From contig KZ539150.1 in the NCBI GenBank assembly GCA_000934665.2, forward strand, positions 1-32,120: DNA of 32,120 bases, given 5' to 3'. Shown here in pieces: positions 21,605 through 32,120 of the stretch (positions within the stretch are counted from its first letter, which is position 1; the number at the start of each line of letters is the position of its first letter). Source of the stretch: Catajapyx aquilonaris. Its lineage: Eukaryota. A program made the translations under genes and the position numbers. The notes beneath the pieces were generated by a model, which had not been told where the DNA came from, searched no databases, and saw only the letters and a program-made list of their open reading frames with translations.

Positions 21605-22160
21605 TCTTTACGAGTGCGCACCCACATTCGCGCACCTTGATTGTTCTGACAATGGCGATTGCCAGAGTTACTCCCCAGTTCCCAAATTCGCACTCTAAGT
21701 CTCACTGTCAGAGGTTCAGCGTCTTGGCAACGTCGCAAAAGTATGCCATATTGTTACCCCCCTCAAGTTTAGTGTTGGAAACAATTTGCGCGAACTGTGT
21801 TGCGCACTCGGTTGTGCTCATTAAAAATATTCATCTGCTGTAGCATAAAGTGCGGAAAACTAAACCATGGAAATTCGCTCACAGAACAATATGAGTAAAC
21901 AGGTGGCAACAAAAAGCAACAATGGAAGAAACGATGACGTCAGATTGTCGTTTGGTTCTCTGCACTTTAGTTGACTTTTTTTTACGAGTGCGCACCCACA
22001 TTCACGCAGCTTCATTGTTCTGATAATGGCGTTGTCAGAGTTACTGTGGCCAAATTAACACCTGTATTCTCTGGTACTCGTTCCAGAACCTTGGCAACGT
22101 CGCAAATGTCGGCCATTACCTTTCTTTCTCAATCGTAGCGTTGGAAATAAGTGCAGCGCT
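21605..22160. repeat. Diverged direct duplication, about 185-bp unit at 374-bp spacing
   Basis: TTTACGAGTGCGCACCCACATTC..ATTGTTCTGA..AATGGCG..CAGAGTTACT..CTTGGCAACGTCGCAAA..GTTGGAAA at about 21607-21795 and 21981-22160. Confidence 0.85.
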
Positions 22161-22168
22161 ACTATAAC

Positions 22169-22318
22169 CAAGGGGGTAATCACTTCGGTACTCCGGTGTA
22201 CACCTGCGAGTGGTACTCCCTGGTACTCCTCAGATACCTCACTCTTTATTATACTCCTTGGTACTCCTTGAATTTGGTACTCCGGTGTACACCTTTCAGT
22301 CGAGTGATTACCCCTTTG
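22169..22318. mobile_element. 150-bp MITE with 8-bp TSD (hAT- or P-type)
   Basis: ACTATAAC|CAAGGGGGTAATCACT ... AGTGATTACCCCTTTG|ACTATAAC: 16-bp TIR with 1 mismatch, perfect TSD, repeated internal GGTACTCC motif. Confidence 0.88.
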
Positions 22319-23356
22319 ACTATAACAGTACACCAACTGGAGCTCCCCAGCTATCATTGATAATGCCAACCATGCATGCTGCGCGGACAGTGGTGAGCAC
22401 TTGGTTGCGCTAGTACAGAAATTCATCTACATCTCGTTACTGGTTGATCTTTCGACACTTCTCACCTCTACATTTTTGACTTATTTTGAACCAATGAGTA
22501 CTTTCCCTGCAGGATGTCATACTATTAAGACACACCCTGTGTAGTGTCTGTCCGGAACTTTTTTTTGGGCGTTGCTGCTTCCTACCCAGGGTAGCTGAGG
22601 TAAACAGTCCGCTATTCTCCTGCAGTTCTCCTGTCTATTGAGTAGTTTGGAATTCCCAGGGCGGTTGGAAGCGACCTCTCTCTGCGACAGTCATCCTCCA
22701 AAGACCTTTTTTTGTGTGCGTATGTGTATGTCATCCCCTCCTCCCCGCTCCTCCCCTTTTCTCCTCCATCCCCCACCCTCCTGGCAGCTCATGAATTGCT
22801 GACGTCAGAGGTGCCGTCCACCAATCAGTTGTTGCAGCATCTGCTGGGAGCAGAGGCGCATCGATTGGGGTGGGTGGGCAGGGGGCGCTTTTCCTACCTC
22901 CTACTACCCCAACCGCCCCCTCTAAAACCTCACCCCCTCCAAACCCCCGTACTCACTACCCTCCACTGTTGCCAAATTGCACTCTCTCTCTCCCTCTCTA
23001 TTTTTTTTAAATCCAGCGTTGCCACACCTTTTTGAAGCCATTTTCCCCCCAGCTGGAAGTGTGCCAGCGAAGTTTGTCAACACGGGGATTGCTTTTCACC
23101 GTTCTCTCATCACAGATTGATTTTTCGGCACCGGCTCGATCGGTCTTCGGAGACCAGAGAGTGAAGGGGGAGGGGGGGGGGGGACACCACATACATGCAT
23201 GTGTAGTAAGCCGACCTGTTACCATATATTGTGAACCTTGGGATAATAAGGTTTACCGACCTGAAACTTTGACGACATCAAAGACATCGGAACTTCCGTC
23301 TTTAATTGTCATTACTGACATTTTTTAATTGCATCTCACTGATCTTGTATGCACTA

Positions 23357-23755
23357 CTAGCAGAGAACCCGTTCTTCGCGCAGATATCAAATGGGCACGA
23401 AATTGATATTTTAAAAAAATTTGACAAACAAACAAACAAACTTTGTCTTAAACATACAGTGCGTTCCAAGTCCTTTTAGTTACAGTAAATTTCACTCTCG
23501 AAACTGTTATTTTTGTATACAGGGTGTTCCAAGTTCGTGGGCCACTAATATTCCCCGAAGTGGTTATTTTCCTTCGTAGCTTATTGTTGTGCCCATAATC
23601 ACAGTTGCCTCATTATTCCCAGGTTGTCGAATAGAGAAGTTGCTATAGAATAGGGCAACTGATTATGGGGGCACAATAAGCTACAAAAAATAACCACTTC
23701 GGGCAATATTAGTGATAAGAAAAGTGACCCACAAACTTGGAACACCCTGTAAAGA
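23357..23755 (-). mobile_element. Short Helitron copy with MITE sequence inserted in its 5' head
   Basis: 3' end A|CTAGCAGAGAACCCGTTCTTCGC. (CAAA)n-CTTTGTCTTAAACATA head interrupted at TA 23455-23456, apparently resuming as TAAAGA|T after MITE G (this 5' end is inferred). Confidence 0.6.
23520..23749. mobile_element. Palindromic MITE family G
   Basis: TA|CAGGGTGTTCCAAGTTCGTGGG ... CCCACAAACTTGGAACACCCTG|TA. Homologous to 24913-25188. Confidence 0.9.
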
Positions 23756-24618
23756 TGGTAGTTATGAAATGGGGGGTATAACGTGGGTGTAAAATAGTGG
23801 GTATGAAAATGAGACAACCAAACAAACTTTATTATTATTATTAGTAGTATTAGTATTATTAGTATTATTGGCTGTTTATTACTCTACAATTATCTCTGTT
23901 GCAATATCTGCTTCTCAAGTCGGACTGCTTGGGCGGGAAAATGTTTCCCGATGTTTTGGTAGTTTGGCCCCTGAGTGGAGATGGCGCGATCTTGCTCTCT
24001 GCGTCTTTTGGTCTGGTGACGTCAGGCTCTTCCCTTCCCTTCCCTCCTCCCTTTTTTGCTCCCTTTGGGATGACGGGATGAGAGGGGATTGGGGAAAGTG
24101 TTAGAGGGATCAATAGGGTTACCGGCAGGATTAATGGTACACTAGAAAGTATGGCGGTAGGCTTCAGAGAGCAAAAATTTCTGCCGCCGGTTTTGCTGAT
24201 TGGTTTGACCGCCGGGCACATACTTGTTGATTACTGGGAGTTTTTTTTATATATTTTACGCACATGGGCGCGTGTGCTACTAGTGTAACAAATGGTCGAT
24301 GTGGCAACGTGTGAGGAAGCGCGACTCCAATCATTCCTGATGTGCGTAAATCGGCGCCGCTGCGCACTCTTCAAAAGCCCCACTGTTGCCAGATTTTGGT
24401 CCTTTTTTTGTCAAGTACAGGCAAAATAGGGTATACTATACGAAATGGGGGGGGGGGAGGCCAAGCCATGCCCTTCCTGGTCCTGACAACGCCCGTTAGG
24501 CCAACCCTTTGACTCACATGTCAATAATGGCCCAACGGGACGTGCTCTAACCTACATTTCACTCATATTTTTCTTTGCCCCAGCAAAAGTTGGCTGATTG
24601 TACAGTTCTGGACGTTAA

Positions 24619-24823
24619 TGGTGTCGTACTGGTGGTGCCACGAGCGGTTGGCTGCAGGAGAGCGAATATAAAGTTGCCTCCTTATGACCACCTTCACTTG
24701 ATCGGAATTTTGCCATCAGTATGACGTTCACTCTTGATTTTACGATAAAGAGGAAGGCGGAGGACAAATTTCGATTCGCTATTTTGCCACCATTCGGCTC
24801 TTGGCGCCACCTGTACGATACCA
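24619..24823. mobile_element. MITE family F
   Basis: TTAA|TGGTGTCGTACTGGTGGTGCCACGAGC ... GCTCTTGGCGCCACCTGTACGATACCA|TTAA. Interior matches 29413-29835. The TSD could be TTAA or TA. Confidence 0.8.
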
Positions 24824-24912
24824 TTAATTCCCAGCACTCAAATAATTATTCCAATGTTTGTTAGTCAAAGATTGTGAAGACACCAAACCAATTATTATGG
24901 ACCTATGATATA

Positions 24913-25188
24913 CATGATGTTCCAAGTTCGTGTGTCACTTTTCTTATCACTAATATTGCTCGAAGTTTTTTTTGTGTGTGTGTGTAGCTTGTTGTGCCCC
25001 TATAAAATCAGTTGGGCAACTGATTTTATAGGGGCACAACAAGCTACACACACACACACCTAGTGGGGCACCCCACTAGGTGGTCGAGTATAGCAGTTGC
25101 TACAGAATAGCACAACAAGCTACAAAGAAATAACCACTTCGGGAAATATTATAGTGATAAAAGTGACCCACGAACATGGAACACCCTG
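24913..25188. mobile_element. Palindromic MITE family G, rearranged copy
   Basis: TA|CATGATGTTCCAAGTTCGTG ... CACGAACATGGAACACCCTG|TA. Contains extra perfect palindromes at 24973-25058 and 25057-25082. Confidence 0.88.
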
Positions 25189-25237
25189 TATATACAGAGT
25201 ACACAATATAGCTGTAGAGAAAAACGAAAAGAATATA

Positions 25238-25525
25238 CAGTTGGCTTCAGATGTAACAGCCTCGGTTATAACAGACTCGAAAGGCCAATCCCGCCATACT
25301 TCCATAAGACCATATGTGTATTTTAACTCCTGATATAACAGATTAATTTTCATATCACCTATAGGGTGTTATAGACCATTTCTTGGCCCATTGAAGGGAA
25401 AACACGCCTTTTCTGACATAAAACTGGCAAAAAGTTGCGAAAGTGACGATTTGGCTATAACAGACCTCGGTTATAACGGACATTTTCCATTGTCCCTTGA
25501 ACCCTGCTATATCCGGATTCAACTG
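25238..25525. mobile_element. pogo/Tigger-like MITE
   Basis: TA|CAGTTGGCTTCAGATGTAACAG ... CTGCTATATCCGGATTCAACTG|TA with internal direct repeats of CTCGGTTATAAC(A/G)GAC. Confidence 0.75.
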
Positions 25526-26683
25526 TATTATCTTTTTTTTAAAAAAATCTGATGTCCTAATTCAACAGGAAAAATTGTTTGGTCCCAACTCATAATGTTG
25601 GGTCGTGATCAGGGTGCATATAAAATATGGAGGCTGAAAGGGGAATATGGTGAGAGCAGGAGGTGGTCTAGTCAGAGAGTCCAGGAGATGTGGCAACAGC
25701 GCAAGTTGTTGGCTGGAATGGTTCTGGAGCCGCAGAGTTGCTTGCGGTGCTCCAGGGAGGGAAGCTGCTGGAGCTGGAACTATATATAGGAGGGGGGGAG
25801 ATGAAGAAGGAAGATTTATGAAGAGGTGCTGCCCACTTATCTTCTCTTTTTTTTCCTCCTTTTTTTTGGAGAGAAAGAGAGATGTTGTGGAATCCCGGAA
25901 ACCGCGTGGAATCCCAGTATCGGACTAACAATCCGGGTGTGTCCGGGCACCCCCACCCGGATGCTGAGCCTTCCTAATGAGCTGGGTATTGCCAATCGAT
26001 ATGCAGTCCCCGGCACCAAATGGACAAAGGTTGGAGGCTCATATTGGTGGCAAATTGAGCTGCCAAAGCCCACTTTGCACCACCACCCCCCTCCCATCTC
26101 CCCATCTCCCATCCTCTCCACCTCCTCCCTCCCAAAGTTTCCCACCAACCTCCCGGAGATTCATTTCCCCGCCGAAATTAAAATTTTATTGGACCTCGTG
26201 ATGGGAAATGTCGGGGGCTTAAATGGATTAAATTTTCGCTTTTCCCTACCTTTCCCTTCCCAAGTCGGTTGTGGCGCCGCCCATGCCGATTCCCAGCACC
26301 GCAAAATGGTTCTGCCTACTCGTATCTCTCTCTTCATCAGATCATGCACTGTATGATATACATGCTGGAGTGTATTATACTGTATGCCAACAGATTGTCT
26401 CATGGGTGGCAGCGGGAAGGATCTATATTTTCACAGGGGGTGATGTGCCCATATGTCCATTCCCAGTATTTCAAAGTTATGGGGTCGAATTTTCGTACCA
26501 CTGCTCAGCAGTAACTAGCAGTGGAACGACCCATGGGTTCTCATATACAGAAATAATATTGTTGATGTGGCGCTAATTACCGGCGGGGGTTAATTATTTG
26601 AAGATCACCATGGATTTGGTGAATTACATACGGAGATAATAAATTATTTGTGGTGCTACCTTGCAATAACTAAGAGTTCAAAA

Positions 26684-26968
26684 CCGAAGCAGGTTGGTGC
26701 AGTGGATATGGAGTCCGCCTGCTAATCGGGAGGTCCTGGGTTCGAGGTTCGAATCCCGGTGCCGGCAACTCTGACCGTGGTTTTCTGTGGTTTCCCACGG
26801 TTCCTCCAGGTGAATACCGGAGTTGTTTCCTAGTTAATAGGCCACAGCCGCTTCCTTCCATCCCTATCCCGTCCCAAAAAGCGAAATAAAGTTTACAAGA
26901 GTTCCAGCCAAAAAAACAAATCTCCCCCCTAAAAAGCCAGAACGGCTTCAATGGGGTATGATATTATT
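26684..26968 (+). mobile_element. tRNA-derived SINE, family 1 (full length)
   Basis: A box TGGTGCAGTGG, B box GGTTCGAATCC, (TAT) tail. Perfect 18-bp TSD ATAACTAAGAGTTCAAAA at 26666-26683 and 26969-26986. Confidence 0.93.
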
Positions 26969-27053
26969 ATAACTAAGAGTTCAAAAGTCATTGCAATTAG
27001 TGGTTATAATATGTTCGAAAGTGCAGTAATTATGTAGTGTGCTCCTCTGCGTT

Positions 27054-27166
27054 CATCATCATCATCATCAACATCACGACATTTTCCCTATGAGGGGTAG
27101 TCAGCGATTTTGTCTGGGTTAATCTACAAAAATCGTCATCAAGTTTGTTTGTTTGTTTGTTTGTTT
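27054..27166. repeat. (ATC)n and (GTTT)n microsatellites, possibly tails of minus-strand retroelement fragments
   Basis: CATCATCATCATCATCA at about 27054-27070 and (GTTT)6 at about 27143-27166. A retroelement origin is only an inference. Confidence 0.5.
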
Positions 27167-27586
27167 AATACCACATTAGGAGGCCTGTTGCGCCTTTAGG
27201 GGACACAGACTCTTATGGTATAGAACTATAGATACATAATTGCATTATTTTATGAAATGCGTTATATTTTCACGCCATGGAAATATTGCTCACGTGAATA
27301 TACTTCGCGCATGGCTATAAATTTCAGAGCAACTACTTCGTATTAAAATACAATACAATCCAATAATATATATTTTAAATGCCGATTAAACGGTCAGAAC
27401 AAGCAAGCAGCATGAACATGCGAAATTCTAGAATACCTGTATTACGGCCATACAGTACCTCCAGTGTTAATGACTATTCGTACAAAATGCTATGCACTTT
27501 CTGTCAGTAGGACTAATTTTTTATATATTATGCTATAATAGGTTACGTTGACTTTCAATTATCCGAAATTTTCTCTCAGTTAATAC

Positions 27587-27823
27587 CAGGGGTAAAATCT
27601 TGAGTTGTTTGACCAGGTGCAAAGGTTTCACTCCAGACTTACATCTGGAGTGCAAATTACTTTAAATGTACTAGTGAATAATTTTAAATTACTGGCGATT
27701 ACTGGAGAAGGACCAACTGGAGTGCAAATTCTGCACTCCATGGCTATAAATGTGGAGTACAAATAACAATTATTTTGGAGTGCAAATTATTGCACCTTTG
27801 CATCCCGAATATTTCGACCCCTG
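27587..27823. mobile_element. hAT-like MITE remnant
   Basis: CAGGGGTAAAAT ... ATTTCGACCCCTG imperfect TIRs with repeated internal GGAGTGCAAATT motif. TSD not preserved. Confidence 0.5.
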
Positions 27824-27866
27824 TATATATAATACTGTCGATAACCCCCAAAAATATCCAGGTATA

Positions 27867-28192
27867 CATGGTGTTTCAACTTTTTTGTCCGAACAGTTAT
27901 CGGAAAATTGCACGTAGCTGCTGCTTTGTAAGCAGTGACTTGCACACGGTGATTTTTCGGAGGAACGGGGAATATTCCCTGCGAATCGTAGGTTGAAGTG
28001 GCATACTTGCTGCCCCGCTGAAAATTGAGGGTCAAGCCTGGAAAAAAGAGGGTCACACAAATGCCATGGGATGTGTGACTCCCTTTTTCCCCATTCCTCC
28101 GACAAATCACCGGTTGCAAGTCACTGCTTACAAAGTAGCAGCTACGTGCAATTTTCCGATAACTGTTCGGACAAAAAAGTTGAAACACCCTG
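27867..28192. mobile_element. Palindromic MITE family B (complete)
   Basis: TA|CATGGTGTTTCAACTTTTTTGTCCGAACAGTTATCGG ... CCGATAACTGTTCGGACAAAAAAGTTGAAACACCCTG|TA. Confidence 0.92.
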
Positions 28193-28496
28193 TATTATTA
28201 GGCTAAAAAAAATCCAGTCATTGACTTCGGATTATAATTTGTCATAAAATTGCTATCAGTTAATTGTATCGATAACGTCTAATAATAGCTGCTTTCTTTT
28301 TGAATGGGGAAGTACCGTATACGTGACACCCCCTTCATGTTATTGTGATTTTAATTGGTCCGCTTCACCCGGAGTCAGTCACCTTTCAGATTCCGGGCTC
28401 TCCAATATTATACTTTGAGCTCCGCGAGAGTAATTGAGGTTGTGCGATGAGCCCTTTCTCTCCCCATATATACCCTTCCCATCCCCCCCCCCCCCC

Positions 28497-28563
28497 NNNN
28501 NNNNNNNNNNNNNNNNNNNNNNNNNNNNNNNNNNNNNNNNNNNNNNNNNNNNNNNNNNNNNNN
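28497..28563. other. Assembly gap (67 N) after a poly-C run
   Basis: Direct observation. Smaller Ns at 6069, 13979-13982 and 30474 also lie next to C-rich runs. Confidence 0.98.
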
Positions 28564-29412
28564 GCGGCGCCGGGCATCAAGGCAACGCCGCCCGCCCCGT
28601 TAATTCGCCCAACATGTGGAAGCCCTTCAAAAATATTGTGTTTTTTTTTGGGGGGGGGGGGGGATGGATGGGTGGGGGTATCCATGGAGATTCAACCCCC
28701 CCTCGAAAATTCTGCGCAGAAGCTGCCTGTACACCCCCTCACCATCCATCACTCTGGCCCCCAACCTCATTCCATCCGCATCTTCTTCTTCCTCCTCCGC
28801 TTTTCTTTTCCTTTTTCCTCTCCTGTAATCCGCATTCTCCTGATCAATCAATCGATATCCACCCCCCCCCCACCCATACCCCCACTAAAATTGCCTGTCA
28901 GACTCTGCTTGACCCTAGTCCACTTCCAAACATGTTGGGAGATCGATCCCCAATGGCGTCCATCACCCCCCAAATAATTGCGTTTTCCCGGGCAACAAAT
29001 TTGATTCATGCCATCATGTCATTTCGGGCATTGGGTGCAGGGTAATTGCAAAGTTATAGTTATGTGTCAATTTATAACCCGTTTGTAAATACATTAATGC
29101 ATAGGGGGGGTGGAGGATGAACCGGGGTGGGGGGTATTTTAATTTTTAGCGAGCGTTGTATTGATACCCGGTTGGAATTTGCGCGTTGACGTGGACGCAA
29201 ACAGTTTGCGAAATCGGTCCAATTGGCTGCAGGGGCTGGTTCACAGTTGGTTGGTAGAGCTATGCGCAAATAATTGGCAGCATGCGAAAAAAAACAGGGG
29301 GGGACACATTTTAATATATGCCGTTCAAATACTGCCTGTCCGCAGTGCACAGGGTGATCCACCTATTCAGTGCAATGCTAAACAACATTACTGTACTACG
29401 TGTGTAAATACT

Positions 29413-29835
29413 TGTAGAGCCACCAGCCGATGGCGGCAAAAAGAGCGAATAGAAAGTTGCCCTCCGTATGACCACCTTTACTTGTCTCTATACTCATATA
29501 CGTGAAAGTTTGTCCGTATGTTTGTATGTCCGGTCTAACTAACCCACTATACCACACCTCTGAGAGTGATGAAATTTGTCACACCGATGTCTTAATGTGC
29601 CACTAATTGAGGCGAAAGTCCAACACTTTTTTTTTTGAGTTTAAATGCCCAATATTTAGGGTTTTTTTAAAAATTACAGGTGGCGCTTTTAGGTTTTACA
29701 GACTTATCACATTGTGATCAATCCCCTTGCGAAGAACGGGTCCACTGCTAGTTTATGATAAAGTGAAAGAGGTCATATACTGAGGACAAATTTCTTTGCC
29801 GCCATCGGCTCGTGGCGCCATATGTACACAGTTAA
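29413..29835. mobile_element. MITE family F copy interrupted by a Helitron
   Basis: Arms GCCACCAGCCGATGGCGGCAAA / TTTGCCGCCATCGGCTCGTGGC. Interior GCGAATAGAAAGTTGCCCTCCGTATGACCACCTTTACTTG and TTTATGATAAAG match 24619-24823. Confidence 0.78.
29487..29751 (+). mobile_element. Non-autonomous Helitron, subfamily 1 (complete, H5)
   Basis: Start TCTATACTCATATACGTGAAAGTTTG. End CCCCTTGCGAAGAACGGGTCCACTGCTAG|T. Colinear with 8090-8402. Confidence 0.85.
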
Positions 29836-31039
29836 TGTCCGACACTGAATAGTTATACAGTAGTTGTTGCCAGTAGCGTGTAAACAACATGTGCTAATAA
29901 TAAAGTTCTAATAATACACTCTCGCGCTTAAAATACCGCCATTAATAATACTGTAGAACCAGCCTGCTTCAGTAGTAATAATAAGGCTTGTTACTGCAGC
30001 CGCAAGCAATAAGTGTAGCAAAGTTGAAGGCCCTCTCTTTTACTTGGAAGCTGCACGATGCAAAATCTTCAATTTACTTGATCATTTTGAATGTAAAGAC
30101 TGCGCTGTAATTATCGCCCGACAATGAGGCGCCTTTTCCGGAACATTGCACATTTAGCACAGTTTGAATCATCGCGCGCTCGATGTGGCAACACCGCTTT
30201 CGAAGCCACGCCCACTTTGCAGTGGCGGCAAAATTTAAAAGGAGTCGCGCAGAAAGGCAAGGAACCAAAAAATCGGGCAGCAAAAAAAAAAAAACCCTAC
30301 GAATCTTCCGTCTTCCCAACAAAAAAAAAAGTTTTTGCAGTGTGTCTCCTATAGCCCATTGGCCAGACTTATCCGGGAGGCGGAGTTTCCGGGACACCGC
30401 GACAAAAACTCCTTCCCTCCAGAAAAAAGTTAGTCTGATTAAACTGGCTCCTTGGAAACACACCCCCCCCCCCNGCTCCGCACAGATGGCTCTGCCTGGC
30501 GCCAATTTTGGGTGCTGGCGCCTTCAGACCCCATCTGCCGGCAGGGAATTATTCATATGGGCTCTCTACTATACTGCACACTCAGGCACATAACTGCATT
30601 ATGTGTTACGCATTGCGTCCAGGGAGAGTTCGCAGTGAATGGACGCGCACACGCACTGCATAATTCGTCTTACGCGCTTACTATATGTGTCTGGACCTCG
30701 CAGTCATACTTATAGGCATATTGCACCATTGAAATCTTTTTTTGAGGAATTTGTAATGGCTCATGTTCCAGCTTCCGAAAATGACTATTATCGTCACCCA
30801 CCGATGGGACAGGGACAAGCGCGAAGCAACTCTATGGACTGTTCACATTGATTCAATCCTATGGTTATCTCGAGCCATCTCAACAACAACAGCAACAAAA
30901 ACTAGATGGAATGCATATAGATTAGAGAGTGTGGGTCCGCAATAGTCTTTTAGTGAGGACTGAGCCATCATATTGATTGCATTGCTACTCTCGTTTATAG
31001 ATTACTGGCTTATAGCGGACTTCAGTCATGCTATACCCA

Positions 31040-31519
31040 AACTCACTGCTTCAATGATTGTTGGGGGGGAATCATAATCTACGAGGATCATAATCTCGTA
31101 GGATGTACTCAAATATTATTCTACTGGTACTCCTCATCATGATCATCATCATCCTCTTCAAGCATTTCACCCGCCAATGTCCACCGACGATAGTAGTGGA
31201 CAAGGGTGTGCAAACGGAGCATCAGAGGGATGTCTTGGATACTGTAGCACCGTTGGCCCATCCCATTGCTAAGAGTAATCCCAACGGACCCCAGGCAAAC
31301 AGCTCTGTACTAAGGGCAGATCGGACACTACCAGGGGTCATCCAGAGGGGCCAAGGCAATGTGGAAGATTCATGTAACAGCACACGTGACTGGCACCACA
31401 GATGGACCGGGAGGGTATGATTTTTTTTGTACATTGGTGTGACTATACTTCCATTATCCGGGAAGGCATTACACACAGAAAATTATGATTCCCCCCAACC
31501 ATCATTGAAGCAGCGAGTT
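31040..31519. mobile_element. TIR-bounded 480-bp element with unique, coding-like interior
   Basis: AACTCACTGCTTCAATGATTGTTGGGGGGGAATCATAAT (31040-31078) is the near-perfect reverse complement of ATTATGATTCCCCCCAACCATCATTGAAGCAGCGAGTT (31482-31519). No TSD evident. Confidence 0.75.
31103..31420 (+). CDS. Hypothetical 105-aa ORF: N-terminal hydrophobic segment plus DKGVQTE motif
   Basis: ATG-to-TGA ORF fully inside the TIRs, with IILLVLLIMIIIILF and DKGVQTE at aa 33-39. No homology recognised. The hydrophobic run partly derives from an (ATC)n repeat. Confidence 0.25.
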   Translation: MYSNIILLVLLIMIIIILFKHFTRQCPPTIVVDKGVQTEHQRDVLDTVAPLAHPIAKSNPNGPQANSSVLRADRTLPGVIQRGQGNVEDSCNSTRDWHHRWTGRV

Positions 31520-32120
31520 GTCTTTATGTGCGTGAAGTGTAGTGTGAATAGAGTGATCAAACTATTGCACTGATTGTAGAGAAATGTATAGTGTGCATAA
31601 TCTAATCAACTGTATCTTCTTATACATATTTCACAACGTATATCTGTACGTTCCCGATGAAAATTAATACGGAGGCCTCGACATATGCCCCGGGGGGATC
31701 ATTAGGGGTAGTTTTTTTACTGGGAAGGTTTTTATCACATTGGACTTGACCTCCGTCGTCATCCTTGGTCGCAGGAGGCGGAAATTGCATAGTGATGAGT
31801 CTACAAATCACAGATACAGCCTGCTACACTTCCATCGCCTCGACTGGCCAGCGTAAAGTTTACGCACATCAACTCTTCCAGCGTACGTGACTTGTGTCAG
31901 TTGTGATTGACGCGAGTTGACGACCGATCAGGGATTGACACTGACGGCTTTTGCTGCCAATCTGACGTCAAAGAACTGAGATGCTTCCGTCCCTGCCCAC
32001 ACGCTTTTTTCCCCCCCTTCGCCTCTCTCTGGAAGCGTCGGCGGCGTCTCGAGCGTCGTTCTGAGTGTGGAGGGACTTGATATACCGTCCCCTTAAACGG
32101 GGAGGCCTTTGTCGACTTTG

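Noticed and set aside
26684..26765. Functional tRNA gene (also 5560-5642 and 14740-14820)
   Set aside because: No proper acceptor stem, and each continues into a 200-bp SINE body with tail and TSD.
28434..29045. Longest ORF (203 aa)
   Set aside because: It spans the 67-N gap and poly-C/G runs, so it is a low-complexity artefact.
30721..30740. miR-29/285-like sequence TTGCACCATTGAAATC
   Set aside because: Seed mismatch, an indel, and no complementary arm seen nearby.
519..31811. Six-frame ORFs as protein-coding genes
   Set aside because: They are short, many start at GTG/TTG, they translate homopolymers, microsatellites or MITE/SINE sequence, and I recognise no domain, transposase, RT or RepHel motif.

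Overview
Eukaryotic, probably arthropod-like, non-coding DNA such as a large intron or intergenic region, from a short-read assembly (Ns sit next to poly-C runs). I recognise no confident host protein-coding gene, rRNA, true tRNA or CRISPR array. The window alternates G/C-run-rich unique blocks with a dense, nested set of small non-autonomous transposons: about 8 Helitron-type copies (TC...CTAG, 3' hairpin), 2 DINE-1/HINE-like Helentron derivatives, several TA-targeting palindromic MITE families (CAGGGTG, CACTGTAAAC and CAGT ends), an 8-bp-TSD MITE and two tRNA-derived SINE families. It also holds AT-rich minisatellites and a six-unit, 140-165 bp satellite. The most interesting observations are: (i) two Helitron copies carrying the same MITE family and the same HINE family at homologous positions; (ii) a TIR-bounded 480-bp segment with an intact 105-aa ORF (hydrophobic N-terminus plus a canonical LC8 dynein-light-chain motif); (iii) a pre-miRNA-sized hairpin; (iv) several perfect fold-back palindromes suggesting template switching. 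Family labels (A, B, D, E, F, G, H) are my own local names, and superfamily assignments rest on end structure only.
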